Assembly: GCA_963797095.1 (NCBI GenBank)
Contig: CAWCNY010000002.1
Span: 1,248,001 to 1,312,000, forward strand
DNA from: an uncultured Chloroflexia bacterium
GTDB lineage: Bacteria > Chloroflexota > Chloroflexia > QHBQ01 > JADMIH01
Reading direction: 5' to 3'
Length of the DNA: 64,000 nt
The position numbers and the translations under genes were made by a program. This document shows positions 11,601 to 21,415 of this stretch, one piece after another; position 1 is the stretch's first letter, and each line of letters begins with the position of its first letter. Below the pieces are notes generated by a model. That model did not search any database. It had not been told where the DNA came from and saw nothing but the letters and a program-made list of their open reading frames with translations.

Positions 11601-13036
11601 GCAGCGCGGTCGAGTATGATTACGCAGGTCGCATGTCGTCCTTCTCAGGCGTTCCCTCCTTGCTCTCATGGGATGTCTCGCATGAGGACTTGTGGCGTAC
11701 TAACCAGCCCGATGCTCTTGCTCAGATCAACGAACGCCGCCGCGTTATCAATTCCATTTACCAGGGCCAGGACCCGAACGGCGGCGCGCTTACCGCTGAA
11801 CGCCTGCTTGAGCTTCTGAAGCAGTATGGTGTGGACTATGTCACCGTAGGATCGGTTGAGCGCGGTCTGCGTGAAAGGGGCGAGAACCAGCGTGCAACGG
11901 AGAATGTCACACCATACTCCGAATCGCTTTTCAGCTATGCCCTCACCGAAGCATTCAGGTCGGGCGATACGATTATCTATAGCGTGGGTGATACTGTAGT
12001 GGGCAACGGCGCTATACCGCCGACGCCCAACCCGAATGAGACACCCAGCACGACCCCCCTGCCCGGCCAGCCGACCGTTGATACCAGTGCCACGCCTGTT
12101 GGCCTGTTCGCCAACACGGGGAGTGGGGCAAACCTGGGCCAGTTCAACCTGCCACGCGGTATCGCTCGCGACTCTGCGGGTAACTTCTACGTGGCCGATA
12201 CTCAGAACCTGCGCATCCAGAGATTCGACCCTCAGGGCAACTGGCTTCTCGCGTTTGGCAGCAGGGGCACAGGCGACGGCCAGTTCTCGCAGTTGAACGA
12301 TACTGGCGAGGGCACCGGGCCAGGCGGGGTCGCTGTGGACGCCGCAGGTAACGTTTATGTGGCCGACACATGGAACCACCGCATCCAGAAGTTCGACTCG
12401 AACGGCAACTTTGTGCTGGCCTGGGGTGGCTTCGTCAACCTCTCGGATGCCACCTCAGCAGCAGACCCCGATAGCGATAGCAAGTTCTACGGCCCGCGTG
12501 GGGTGGCTATTGGCCCAAGTGGCAACATCTATGTTACCGACACGGGGAACAAGCGGGTGCTCATCTTTGACTCCGACGGCAAGTTCGTGAGCAAGATCGA
12601 CAGCGGGGTTACACCTGAAAGATTGGCTCAGAACTATCCGTACGATCAGCCGGGTGAGATGAATGAGCCTATCGGTATCGCGGTAGACAAAGACGGCGAT
12701 GTATATGTGGCCGATACCCGCAACTTCCGTATCCAGAAGTTCGACAGCACTGGCAAGCCCGTCGCACAGTGGCCTATTCCGTCGCCGAACTGGGACCCGG
12801 GTCCATATCTTGAGCCATTCCTGGCGCTCGACGATGCGGGCAATATCTATGCTACTGCCCCCAGCGGAAAGACTGTGCTCAAGATAGACCCGACAGGCCA
12901 GATCGTGGGTGACAAGGCGGTTGCGAACAACGTCACACTACAGTTGCCGACCGGCATCTGGGCCGACCCCGACGGTACGATCTATGTGGTTGATACATAT
13001 GGCAATACGGTCTTGAACCTGGGTACGATACCTTGA
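8617..13036 (+). pseudogene. DUF2298 (YYY) membrane protein with C-terminal NHL repeats; split by a frameshift near 9570-9605
   Basis: ORF1 has EKFMDFGF...DPWLAGFSINYYYFG; ORF2 has INEFPAFSF..DMHPH, NTWDFP, RMNTLFKFY plus NHL repeats; the two halves lie in different frames. Confidence 0.75.
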
Positions 13037-13098
13037 GCTGAGCGTTCAGTCTGGATGCCTGCGAACCTGAATTTAGTATTCGGGCGGACTGCCGTTGC

Positions 13099-13977
13099 TT
13101 ACGTTAGGGTGAGCACGGTGATCTCCGGCCTGCAAAAGAAGCGCATGGGCACCCCGACCACGCCTAAACCTCTGTTAGTGTACACAGCCATGCCATTCAC
13201 GTTGTAGAGGCCGGCGTAATACTTCCTGCCCATCGGCGGGAGGCGTGGCGGGCCGAGCAACGGCACTACTATCTGCCCTCCGTGCGAGTGCCCGGATAGT
13301 TGCAGGCTGAATCGCCCCGTTGTAGATGATACATCGGCGAAATCAGGCTCGTGTGCAAGCAGGATCGCCGTGCCGTTCTTCGGCAGTTTCTCCAGGGTTA
13401 CGCTCAAACGGGCCATGCGCTCGCGGGCCGAGTTTACCCCCGCGAGGTGCAGCACCGCACCATCCTTCCTGATGGTATACACGTCATTGTTCAGGTCGAT
13501 CATGCTCGATTCCGCGATAGTATGCCTGATCAGATCGGGGCCAAGGCCCCAGTAATCGTGGTTGCCGAGTACAGCAGCTACCCCATCCCGCGCTCTCAAG
13601 TGACTTAGTACCGGCACGATATCGGCTGGCGCTTCCGGATAGGTGTAGGTCACGAAGTCGCCCGTCACAGCTATGAGGTCTGGGTCTTCCACGTTTACCA
13701 GGCGCACGACTTCCTCTAGCCGCGAGTCCGGCATCCATTTGCCTGCATGTATGTCGCTGATCTGTACGATCCGGTAGCCCTTGAACGGCTCCGGTAGTCC
13801 ATCTATCTTGAGCGTCACGCGAGTGATCTCAACCCACTTCGGTTCCACACCTGCCGCGTATGCGAATAGACCACCCCCTGCGATCAAACTGCTTGCCATT
13901 AAGGTATCTATTGCCTTGATAATAATGTCTCTTTTGCCCGGCGCCTTGCGGGGCGCGATAAGTGCTTTTATGTTCAT
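13099..13977 (-). CDS. Metallophosphoesterase (YkuE-like)
   Basis: SDIH, TGDF, LGNHD, LAHEP, LSGHSHGGQ motifs. Confidence 0.9.
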   Translation of the reverse strand: MNIKALIAPRKAPGKRDIIIKAIDTLMASSLIAGGGLFAYAAGVEPKWVEITRVTLKIDGLPEPFKGYRIVQISDIHAGKWMPDSRLEEVVRLVNVEDPDLIAVTGDFVTYTYPEAPADIVPVLSHLRARDGVAAVLGNHDYWGLGPDLIRHTIAESSMIDLNNDVYTIRKDGAVLHLAGVNSARERMARLSVTLEKLPKNGTAILLAHEPDFADVSSTTGRFSLQLSGHSHGGQIVVPLLGPPRLPPMGRKYYAGLYNVNGMAVYTNRGLGVVGVPMRFFCRPEITVLTLT

Positions 13978-14036
13978 ACGATAATTATCCTCTATGGGGC
14001 CGGGCAGGGACAATTAGCCTCCTGTATAATATCGCT

Positions 14037-14969
14037 ATGTTCAAGCACTTGAAAGGTGTGCGTGTCCATGTACCCGCCACATCGGCCAACCTGGGGCCGG
14101 GCTTCGATGTGCTTGGGCTTGCGCTCGGCCTATACAACAACTTCACCGTTAGCCCGTCAAACAGGCTGCAGATAGAAACCGTAGGCTTTGGCGATGAGGT
14201 GCCGTGTGACGAGACGAATCTGTTTTACCGGGCATTTGCTTTCCTTGTGCAGCGCATGGTCCCCAGCATCGCGATGCCCCCGGTGTATATCAAGATGGAA
14301 CTGGCTATACCACAGGGAAAAGGGTTGGGCAGCAGCGCAACGGCGGTGGTAGGCGGGTTGGTAGCAGCCACTGCAATGCTTGGTAGCCCATTGGATAAGC
14401 GTGCGTTATTGCCTCATGCTGTGGATCTTGAGCACGGCGGCCACGCGGATAACGTGGCCCCTGCCTTGCTTGGTAATCTGGTTGTGAATGCATATGATTC
14501 GACGGGTGATATGCGTATAGCGCTGGTTGTGCCGTTCCCTGATGATCTGCGTGCCGTCCTTTTGATCCCCGACTTTGCTATGGACACTGTGCAAGGCAGG
14601 GAGCTTATGCCGTCTCATTACACCAGGCAAGATGTGGTATACAATACCAGCCGCGTTGCCCTTTTATTATCTGCTCTCCAAACCCATCGCTATGACCTGT
14701 TGAGCACTGCCATGCAGGATGCGTTGCACCAGCCTTATCGTGCCAAGCTTTTCGCGGCGATGCCTGACCTGATCCGCGCGGCGCTCGATGGCGGGGCTCA
14801 CGGGGCGTGCCTATCGGGCGGGGGATCTGCTATCCTGGCGCTGGCGGAGCCGGGGATTGCCGGTCAAGTGGGTCATGCTATGTTGGAGGCCGCCCACGCC
14901 GCCGGGTTGGTGGGCGAAGTACGCGTTCTTGACGTGGACCGCGAGGGCGCTAGAGTCGAGTTGCTATGA
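14037..14969 (+). CDS. thrB: Homoserine kinase
   Basis: PATSANLGPGFD, IPQGKGLGSSA, HADNVAP; TATAAT 6 nt upstream of ATG (leaderless). Confidence 0.95.
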   Translation: MFKHLKGVRVHVPATSANLGPGFDVLGLALGLYNNFTVSPSNRLQIETVGFGDEVPCDETNLFYRAFAFLVQRMVPSIAMPPVYIKMELAIPQGKGLGSSATAVVGGLVAATAMLGSPLDKRALLPHAVDLEHGGHADNVAPALLGNLVVNAYDSTGDMRIALVVPFPDDLRAVLLIPDFAMDTVQGRELMPSHYTRQDVVYNTSRVALLLSALQTHRYDLLSTAMQDALHQPYRAKLFAAMPDLIRAALDGGAHGACLSGGGSAILALAEPGIAGQVGHAMLEAAHAAGLVGEVRVLDVDREGARVELL

Positions 14970-16270
14970 GTGCCGAGTTCCTTTGTCCGCAGTGCGGTCG
15001 CCGCTATCCTTTGTCTGAGGTTCGCTACCGCTGCGACTGTGGCGAGCCGCTTGATATTGTCTACGATTCTGTTGAGGTAGAGCCTGTTGAGGTAGAGCGT
15101 GCTACGTTCGATGCGCGTTTGGGTACGCTTCAATCGCCGTTTAGAAGCGGCGTGTGGCGGTATCGTGAGTTGCTCCCACCAATAGCCGACGAATACATAG
15201 TGAGCAAGCCTGAGGGCAACACTAACCTCTACCTTGCGGGCGCGGACGAGAGTGGCGGCTTGCGCCGCGTGGGAGAGTACGCGGGGCTGAGTTGGCTCGG
15301 CTTGAAGCACGAAGGTGAGAACCCGACTGCCAGCTTCAAGGATAGAGGCATGACCGTTGGAGTGAGCCAGGCGATGGCTCTCGATGTGAGCGCGGTGGCG
15401 TGTGCGTCTACGGGCAATACATCGGCCTCCCTGGCTTCGTATGCGGCACAGGCGGGCTTGCCTTGCTTTGTGTTCGTGCCGTCGGGCAATATCGCACCCG
15501 GCAAGCTGGCGCAAAGCCTTGCCTATGGGGCGATCACTTTGCAACTGGATGGCGATTTCGATCGTGCTATGAGCGTGGTGCAAACGGTGTGCGCGGATAT
15601 GGGCGTGTACCTGGTCAACTCGATCAACCCGTTCAGGATCGAGGGCCAGAAGACGATAGTGTTTGAGGCGTTGCAGCAGCTAGGTTGGGCGGCTCCAGAT
15701 TGGGTGGTTCTCCCGGCGGGCAATCTGGGCAACACCTCGGCGGTGGGCAAGGCTTTGTTGCAAGCACGCGACCTGGGCCTTATCGACCGCCTGCCGAGGA
15801 TTGCTTCGGTGCAGGCCGAAGGCGCCAATCCGTTTTACAGGAGCTATGCGTCAGGCTGGCGTGAGCAACCCACTGTGGAGGCCCATACGGTCGCATCGGC
15901 GATCAAGATAGGTGCGCCCGTTAGCCACTCACGCGCCCGGCGAGTGATCGAGGCTTTTGACGGAGTGGTTACCGAGGTTACTGATGAATCGATCTTGCAG
16001 GCCAAGGCGGTGATAGATGGCGCGGGCATCGGGTGCGAGCCTGCCAGCGCGGCATCCCTGGCGGGCGCTCGGAGGTTGGTGGAGGAAGGGGTGATTCGCC
16101 CGGACGAGAGGGTGCTTTGTATTCTGACAGGCCATCTGCTCAAAGATACGGATACTACTATCGCATACCACCTCGATGATGTGGAGGAGGCGCGTCCTTA
16201 TGCCAACCGCCCGATCAGCCTAGGCGGCGATATTGAGGATGTGCGCCGCGCCGTCGAGCGGTTCTTGTGA
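14966..16270 (+). CDS. thrC: Threonine synthase
   Basis: EGENPTASFKDRG PLP lysine, CASTGNTSAS, PAGNLGN; ATGA overlap with thrB. Confidence 0.95.
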   Translation: MSAEFLCPQCGRRYPLSEVRYRCDCGEPLDIVYDSVEVEPVEVERATFDARLGTLQSPFRSGVWRYRELLPPIADEYIVSKPEGNTNLYLAGADESGGLRRVGEYAGLSWLGLKHEGENPTASFKDRGMTVGVSQAMALDVSAVACASTGNTSASLASYAAQAGLPCFVFVPSGNIAPGKLAQSLAYGAITLQLDGDFDRAMSVVQTVCADMGVYLVNSINPFRIEGQKTIVFEALQQLGWAAPDWVVLPAGNLGNTSAVGKALLQARDLGLIDRLPRIASVQAEGANPFYRSYASGWREQPTVEAHTVASAIKIGAPVSHSRARRVIEAFDGVVTEVTDESILQAKAVIDGAGIGCEPASAASLAGARRLVEEGVIRPDERVLCILTGHLLKDTDTTIAYHLDDVEEARPYANRPISLGGDIEDVRRAVERFL

Positions 16271-16581
16271 TGCGAAGGCAACGCGATTGGAGGCTGATAA
16301 GATCGAAGTCAGATGTGTACTTTGGTACAGCCGGTGATGCGGATTTTTGAGAGGTTGGTGCGACGGTGGTTGGTCTCGCCCTCATATACTATAAGGCATT
16401 GGTAGGACAAAACGGGACAGGTTTTGGGGTGTGCTTAAGTATGGTTTTGGGTGCGGGGTTTGAAGTTTGGAGTGCAGAGTGAATTTTCACCGCAGAGACG
16501 CAGAGGTTCGCAGAGATTGTTTGGATTTTGGTACACGAAGATACGAAGATTTGGCGAGGGGCACGAAAGGTGCCCCTACTT

Positions 16582-18631
16582 TTATTGTGTGGTGCAGGCT
16601 GGGTAGAAGGCGTTTGCTGCTATTTTGGCTATTTGCCCTCGTGTTACTGTGTTTTGGGGGCGGTAAGTTCCGTCGTCGTAGCCGCTGACTACTCCGTGTT
16701 GGGCTATTCGCTCGATGTAAAGCCAGAAGGTGCTGTTGGGTGGTACATCGGTGAAGGTTTGTTGGTCGGGCGGAATGGCTTCGCTGTACCCTGCTGCTAT
16801 GGAGGCCACCTTGGCGACCTGACCTCTTGTGAGGGTATTACCTGGGCGGAAGTAGGCACCTGGGCATGGTTCGCCTGGGCCACCGCATCGGTATCCCTCT
16901 ATTGCTCCGTGGGCATGCATCCTCTCTATGTAAAGCCAGAAGGTGCTGTTTGGGGGCACGTCGGCGAAGGTCTGCGTGCCGGGCGGGATGCTGTCGTTCC
17001 AGCCTGCCGCGTTGGCGATCACTTTGCTGGCCTGTCCCCTGGTTACCGGGTTGGCTGGGTGGTAGGTGCCGTCGCTGTAGCCCTGGATGATGCCCAGGCA
17101 AGCCAGGCATCGGACGCAGGGGTAGAAGGTCGAGCCTGGTGGTACGTCGGTGAAGGTGATGGCGCAGGGCGTGGGCGTAGGCGTTGTCACGGGTGTATGG
17201 GTGGCGCCCGGTGGGGTGGGTGGGATAGGGGTGATGATTGATGTGGAAGTCTCCGTTGCCTCTGGTGCAGGTGTAAATGTTGGAGTTGGGGATGAGGTGC
17301 CTGTTTCAGTAGGTGTGGGGGTGGGGGTGGATGTGGGGGTGGATGTTGGTGTTGACGTTAGCGTAAACATTGGTGTGGCCGATGGCGGAGGTGTGAGATT
17401 GGCAGTCGGAGTTGATGCCGGAGTGGGTGTTTGGGTCGGCGTTTGTATAGGTGTGGGCGTGTTAGTTGGTACAGGGAAGCATTCGAATTGGGGAGTGACC
17501 GTGATTGTATAGCCGCTGCAGCCGCTGTTGGGGGTGACTTCGCTGACTACCAATGTCACGTAGGTTGCTCTCCACGCCCTGAAGTTGTAGCTGCCAGTTC
17601 CGTCGATTATGTCGCCAATATCTCCTACATAAGCATCGCAGATGTTGTTAGGGTCGAATGGGCCGGGCGTGAACCTGTCGTATGCCACACTAAACAGGTT
17701 GCCTGAACAGCCGGTGGCCTCTACTCGTACATTGACGCATTGGCTGCTGAAACTGCTGTATGGAAGTGCAAAATAATAGGATTTGTAGTGCCGAGGGGTC
17801 GTATCCACCAGGCCCGGGCATGGCGGGTTGTATTGTGGGCAGGATGTGGGAGCGTGGGTCTGGTTCAAGAGGCCCACCTGGACGGGATCGTCCAGCGTAA
17901 TCGAAATCGGAGATGCTGAACTGGCAATAGGCCGGGAAGGTGGGGGTTCCGATGAAAGTGGCGGTCGGTATTGGGGTTATGGTGGGCGTGGGGGTGACGA
18001 GGCACTGCGATTGTGGGGTAAAGGTGAGTGTGAAGTCGGAGCAGCTACTGAGGGACGCTGCGGCGTCTACCACCACCGTGAGGAGTTGGCCGGGTTCGAG
18101 GCTGACGTTGTAGGAGCCGGTTGTGCTTATGACATCGCCTATGTCGGCCAGATAGCCGGAGCAGGGGTTTCCGGGGTTGAATACGGAGTAGGCGGCGCTG
18201 AAGAGGTTGCCCGCGCACGCTGTGGAGTTGAGGCGCACTGTTACACACTGGGCATTGGATGGGTTTTGGAAGGTATAGGCTTTGTACCTGTGAGGGTTGG
18301 TATCTGAGAAGCCTGGGCAGCTTCTGAGTTGGCATTCGGACGGAATGTGAGAGGAGAGGATCTGGGCGACCTGTATGGGGGCGTTGAAAGGGATCGAGTC
18401 GTGGATCACCACTTCGCAATCGAGGGAATAGGTTGGCGTGGTAGTGGGTACAGGGGTGGAGGTTTCGGTGGCATTTGGCGCATGGGAGACGGGCATGCGG
18501 GCCTGTGCGCTGATGGCTTGCGCGAGTAGCAGGCTTATCGCCAGGAGGATGGCAAGGCAAGCCAGCGTTGTCGCCAACTTTCGTAAGAACAGCTTTCTGC
18601 GTTCGGTTGGTTGAGCGTCGCGGTCTGCCAT
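16582..18631 (-). pseudogene. Secreted S-layer homology (SLH) domain protein; 1-nt frameshift at ~17904-17906
   Basis: Signal peptide, two homologous Cys-rich repeats and three SLH repeats (FTDVPP...TRGQ); removing one T restores ...ISDSITLDDPVQVGLLNQ. Confidence 0.75.
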
Positions 18632-18714
18632 TGTGCCTCCCTCACTTGTATATTATGCCGTAGTGGGGGATATAATGAGTCGGACACTTTTTCATACAAA
18701 AGCGTGTGGTGTTT

Positions 18715-21198
18715 ATGGATCGCGATAACGAGATACAATTCGGGCAGTGGCTCAGGGCACGGCGGCGGGCGCTTGACCTCACGCGCGAGCGTCTGGCCGA
18801 GTGCGTCGGCTGCTCGGCGGCTACTATAGAGAAGCTAGAGACGGGGGAGCGCAAGCCCTCGCGCCAGATAGCGGAATTGCTGGCGCGCTGCATACGGGTG
18901 CCCAAGGAATCGCTTGCCGAGTTCGTGTTATTCGCGCGCGGTGGACCTGCTTTCGTGGCTCTTGATGATTTCGTCCTGCGGCAACCTTTGACGCGGGACG
19001 GTGTGCATCTGCCCGCCTCGCCTACAGAGTTTGTGGGGCGTAGTGCCGAGCTAGAGAGGGTACGCACCTCTATGAAGGACGATGGCGTGCGGCTGCTGAC
19101 CATACTGGGGCCGCCCGGTATCGGTAAGACGCGGCTGGCACTTGAGGCAGCTTCGGGCATGGCTTCGTTATTTGAGAATGGCGTATATTTTGTGCCGCTC
19201 TCAGGGCTGGCGAACGTGAACCTTGTCGTTCCGACCATCGCTGGGCAGTTGGGTATTCGCCAGTGGAGCCACCAGCCGGTGCTTGATGCGCTTGTGGAGC
19301 GATTGCGGGAGAGGTGGTTGCTGCTGGTGCTGGACAACTTGGAGCATCTGCTGCCTGCCGCGCCCGATATAGGGATTTTACTGGCGGGGGCACCGGGCTT
19401 GAAGGTGCTCGCGACGAGCCGCACGGCGCTTCACATCTATGGCGAGCATACGTTTGTGGTGCCTCCTATGTCGGTGCCTTCGGTTGAAGACGCCGCGCTG
19501 CTCCAGGACCTATCGAGGTATGAAGCGATTTCGCTGTTCGTCCGGCGAGCGAGGGCAGTCAACCAGGATTTCGCGTTGACCAGTGAGAACGCGGGAGAGA
19601 TAGTCGCTATTTGCAGGCGGCTCGATGGGCTTCCGCTTGCTATAGAGCTTGCGGCCAACAGGGCGCGGGTGCTTTCGCCGGGGCAAATATTGGAGAGGTT
19701 AGCGAGCAGCCTGGGCCTGCTGGTGGGAGGGGCAAGCGATCTACCTTCCAGGCAAAGGAGCCTGCGTGGCGCAATCGCGTGGGGTTATGATTTGCTTAAT
19801 GAAGGCGAGCAGCGGTTGTTCCGGTTGATGTCAGTGTTTGCCGGTGGGTGTCCGCTTGATGCTTTGCAGGAGATGGCCGTAAGTGGCGATGGTCGGGAGA
19901 TGGGGGTGGTGGACGACCTATCGGCGTTGGTAAGCAGCAGTCTGGTGGGACGGCAGGAGAGCGCCGATGGAGCGCGCTTCTTTATGCTGGATACGATCCG
20001 TGAGTTTGCCTGGGAGCAGTTGGTCGAGCAGGGTGAAGCGGTAGGAACCAGGAGAAAGCATGCAGAGTTCTATCTGCGGCTCGCCGAGCAGGCAGAGCCG
20101 GAATTGCAGGGTGGAGACCAGATCGCCTGGCTCCAGCGTTTGGAGCAAGAGCACGATAATATTCGGGCGGCATATAGCTATTTCCTGGAAGTGGGAGATG
20201 GGGTGTCGCTGGCGCGGATGGTGTCTTCACTGAGGCGGTTCTGGTATTTGCACGGGAATTTCTCGGAGGGGCATGAGTGGCTGAGGCAAGCACTGGCGCT
20301 TGAGGACAGGCTGCCCGATCTGCTGCTTGCCAGAGTGCTGCATGGGCTTGGCACGCTGGAATGGAGCGTGGGGGACCTGAAGTCGGCAGTGCACCATTTT
20401 AGCGAGAGCCTGGCGATATGGAGGGTGTTGGACGACCGCAGAGGGATCGCGGATATGCTGAACAACCTGGGTATCGCTCTGTTGCCGCAGGGTAAGTACG
20501 ACGAAGCGCGAGCGCACCACAGGGAGAGCCTTGAGATTTACCGCGAGCTGGATGATAGCTGGAGCATTTCGCTGGCTCTTGCCAACCTGGGGCTGGTGGC
20601 CCTCGATTCGGGGGAATACGAGGAGGCGGAGGGGTTGTTGCGCGAGAGCCTGGATATCAGGCGGGTATCGGGTGACGAGCAGGGGCTGGCGCAGTCGCTG
20701 AACAACCTGGGGATTGTAGCGCGGTGCAAGGGAGATATCGAATTGTCTTGCGCTCTGCACAAGGAGAGCATCGAGATGTTTCGGGGGATGGGCGACCGGT
20801 GGACACTGGCGATGGCGCTGTCGAACCTGGGCCATACGGGGCTTGGGGGAGGGTTGGCGAGCGCTCCTCGGTATTTCCTGGAAAGTCTCGATATGTTCAG
20901 GGATCTGGGTGCGAAGCAGGGGGTAGCAGGCTGCTTTGAGGGGTTGGCGCAGGTAGCGGGGTGGGAAGGAAGGGACACGCTGGCCGCCTGCCTCTTCGGG
21001 GTGGCGGAGGAGTTGCGTGTTGGGCTTGCCACCATTACACCCTACAACCTGATTACCTACAAGGCTAGTCGCGCCGCTGTGGCCGCGCGCTTGGGCGTGG
21101 AGGCTTTCCAGACGGCATGGCAGCACGGGAGCAGGTTGGACCTGGAAGGGGCTTATTCTTTGGTTGCTGATGCTTGGGCAGCCTTGGTTAGTCACTAA
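18715..21198 (+). CDS. XRE-HTH + STAND ATPase (NB-ARC-like) + TPR regulator
   Basis: N-terminal HTH, GPPGIGKT Walker A, LLLVLDNLE Walker B, LDGLPLAIELAA, LNNLG TPRs. Confidence 0.9.
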   Translation: MDRDNEIQFGQWLRARRRALDLTRERLAECVGCSAATIEKLETGERKPSRQIAELLARCIRVPKESLAEFVLFARGGPAFVALDDFVLRQPLTRDGVHLPASPTEFVGRSAELERVRTSMKDDGVRLLTILGPPGIGKTRLALEAASGMASLFENGVYFVPLSGLANVNLVVPTIAGQLGIRQWSHQPVLDALVERLRERWLLLVLDNLEHLLPAAPDIGILLAGAPGLKVLATSRTALHIYGEHTFVVPPMSVPSVEDAALLQDLSRYEAISLFVRRARAVNQDFALTSENAGEIVAICRRLDGLPLAIELAANRARVLSPGQILERLASSLGLLVGGASDLPSRQRSLRGAIAWGYDLLNEGEQRLFRLMSVFAGGCPLDALQEMAVSGDGREMGVVDDLSALVSSSLVGRQESADGARFFMLDTIREFAWEQLVEQGEAVGTRRKHAEFYLRLAEQAEPELQGGDQIAWLQRLEQEHDNIRAAYSYFLEVGDGVSLARMVSSLRRFWYLHGNFSEGHEWLRQALALEDRLPDLLLARVLHGLGTLEWSVGDLKSAVHHFSESLAIWRVLDDRRGIADMLNNLGIALLPQGKYDEARAHHRESLEIYRELDDSWSISLALANLGLVALDSGEYEEAEGLLRESLDIRRVSGDEQGLAQSLNNLGIVARCKGDIELSCALHKESIEMFRGMGDRWTLAMALSNLGHTGLGGGLASAPRYFLESLDMFRDLGAKQGVAGCFEGLAQVAGWEGRDTLAACLFGVAEELRVGLATITPYNLITYKASRAAVAARLGVEAFQTAWQHGSRLDLEGAYSLVADAWAALVSH

Positions 21199-21293
21199 AC
21201 ATGAGACATTGCGAATCTTAAATTCGTGCGTAAAACAGATTGGGAATGACCAAAGACACCACCCTGACCTCTCCCCAAAATTTGGGAAGGGAC

Positions 21294-21348
21294 GTTCTAA
21301 AAAGAGCGAAATTGGCGGATTTGCTGCCAATTTCGCTCTTTTTAGAAC
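21294..21348. terminator. 23-bp perfect inverted repeat between convergent genes
   Basis: GTTCTAAAAAGAGCGAAATTGGC-N9-GCCAATTTCGCTCTTTTTAGAAC. Confidence 0.6.
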
Positions 21349-21415
21349 CAGATTGCGCGCCTGCGAAGCTGCACCCAAAATGCGGGATGTCTCATGTTGG
21401 AACGGGAAAAGGTTG

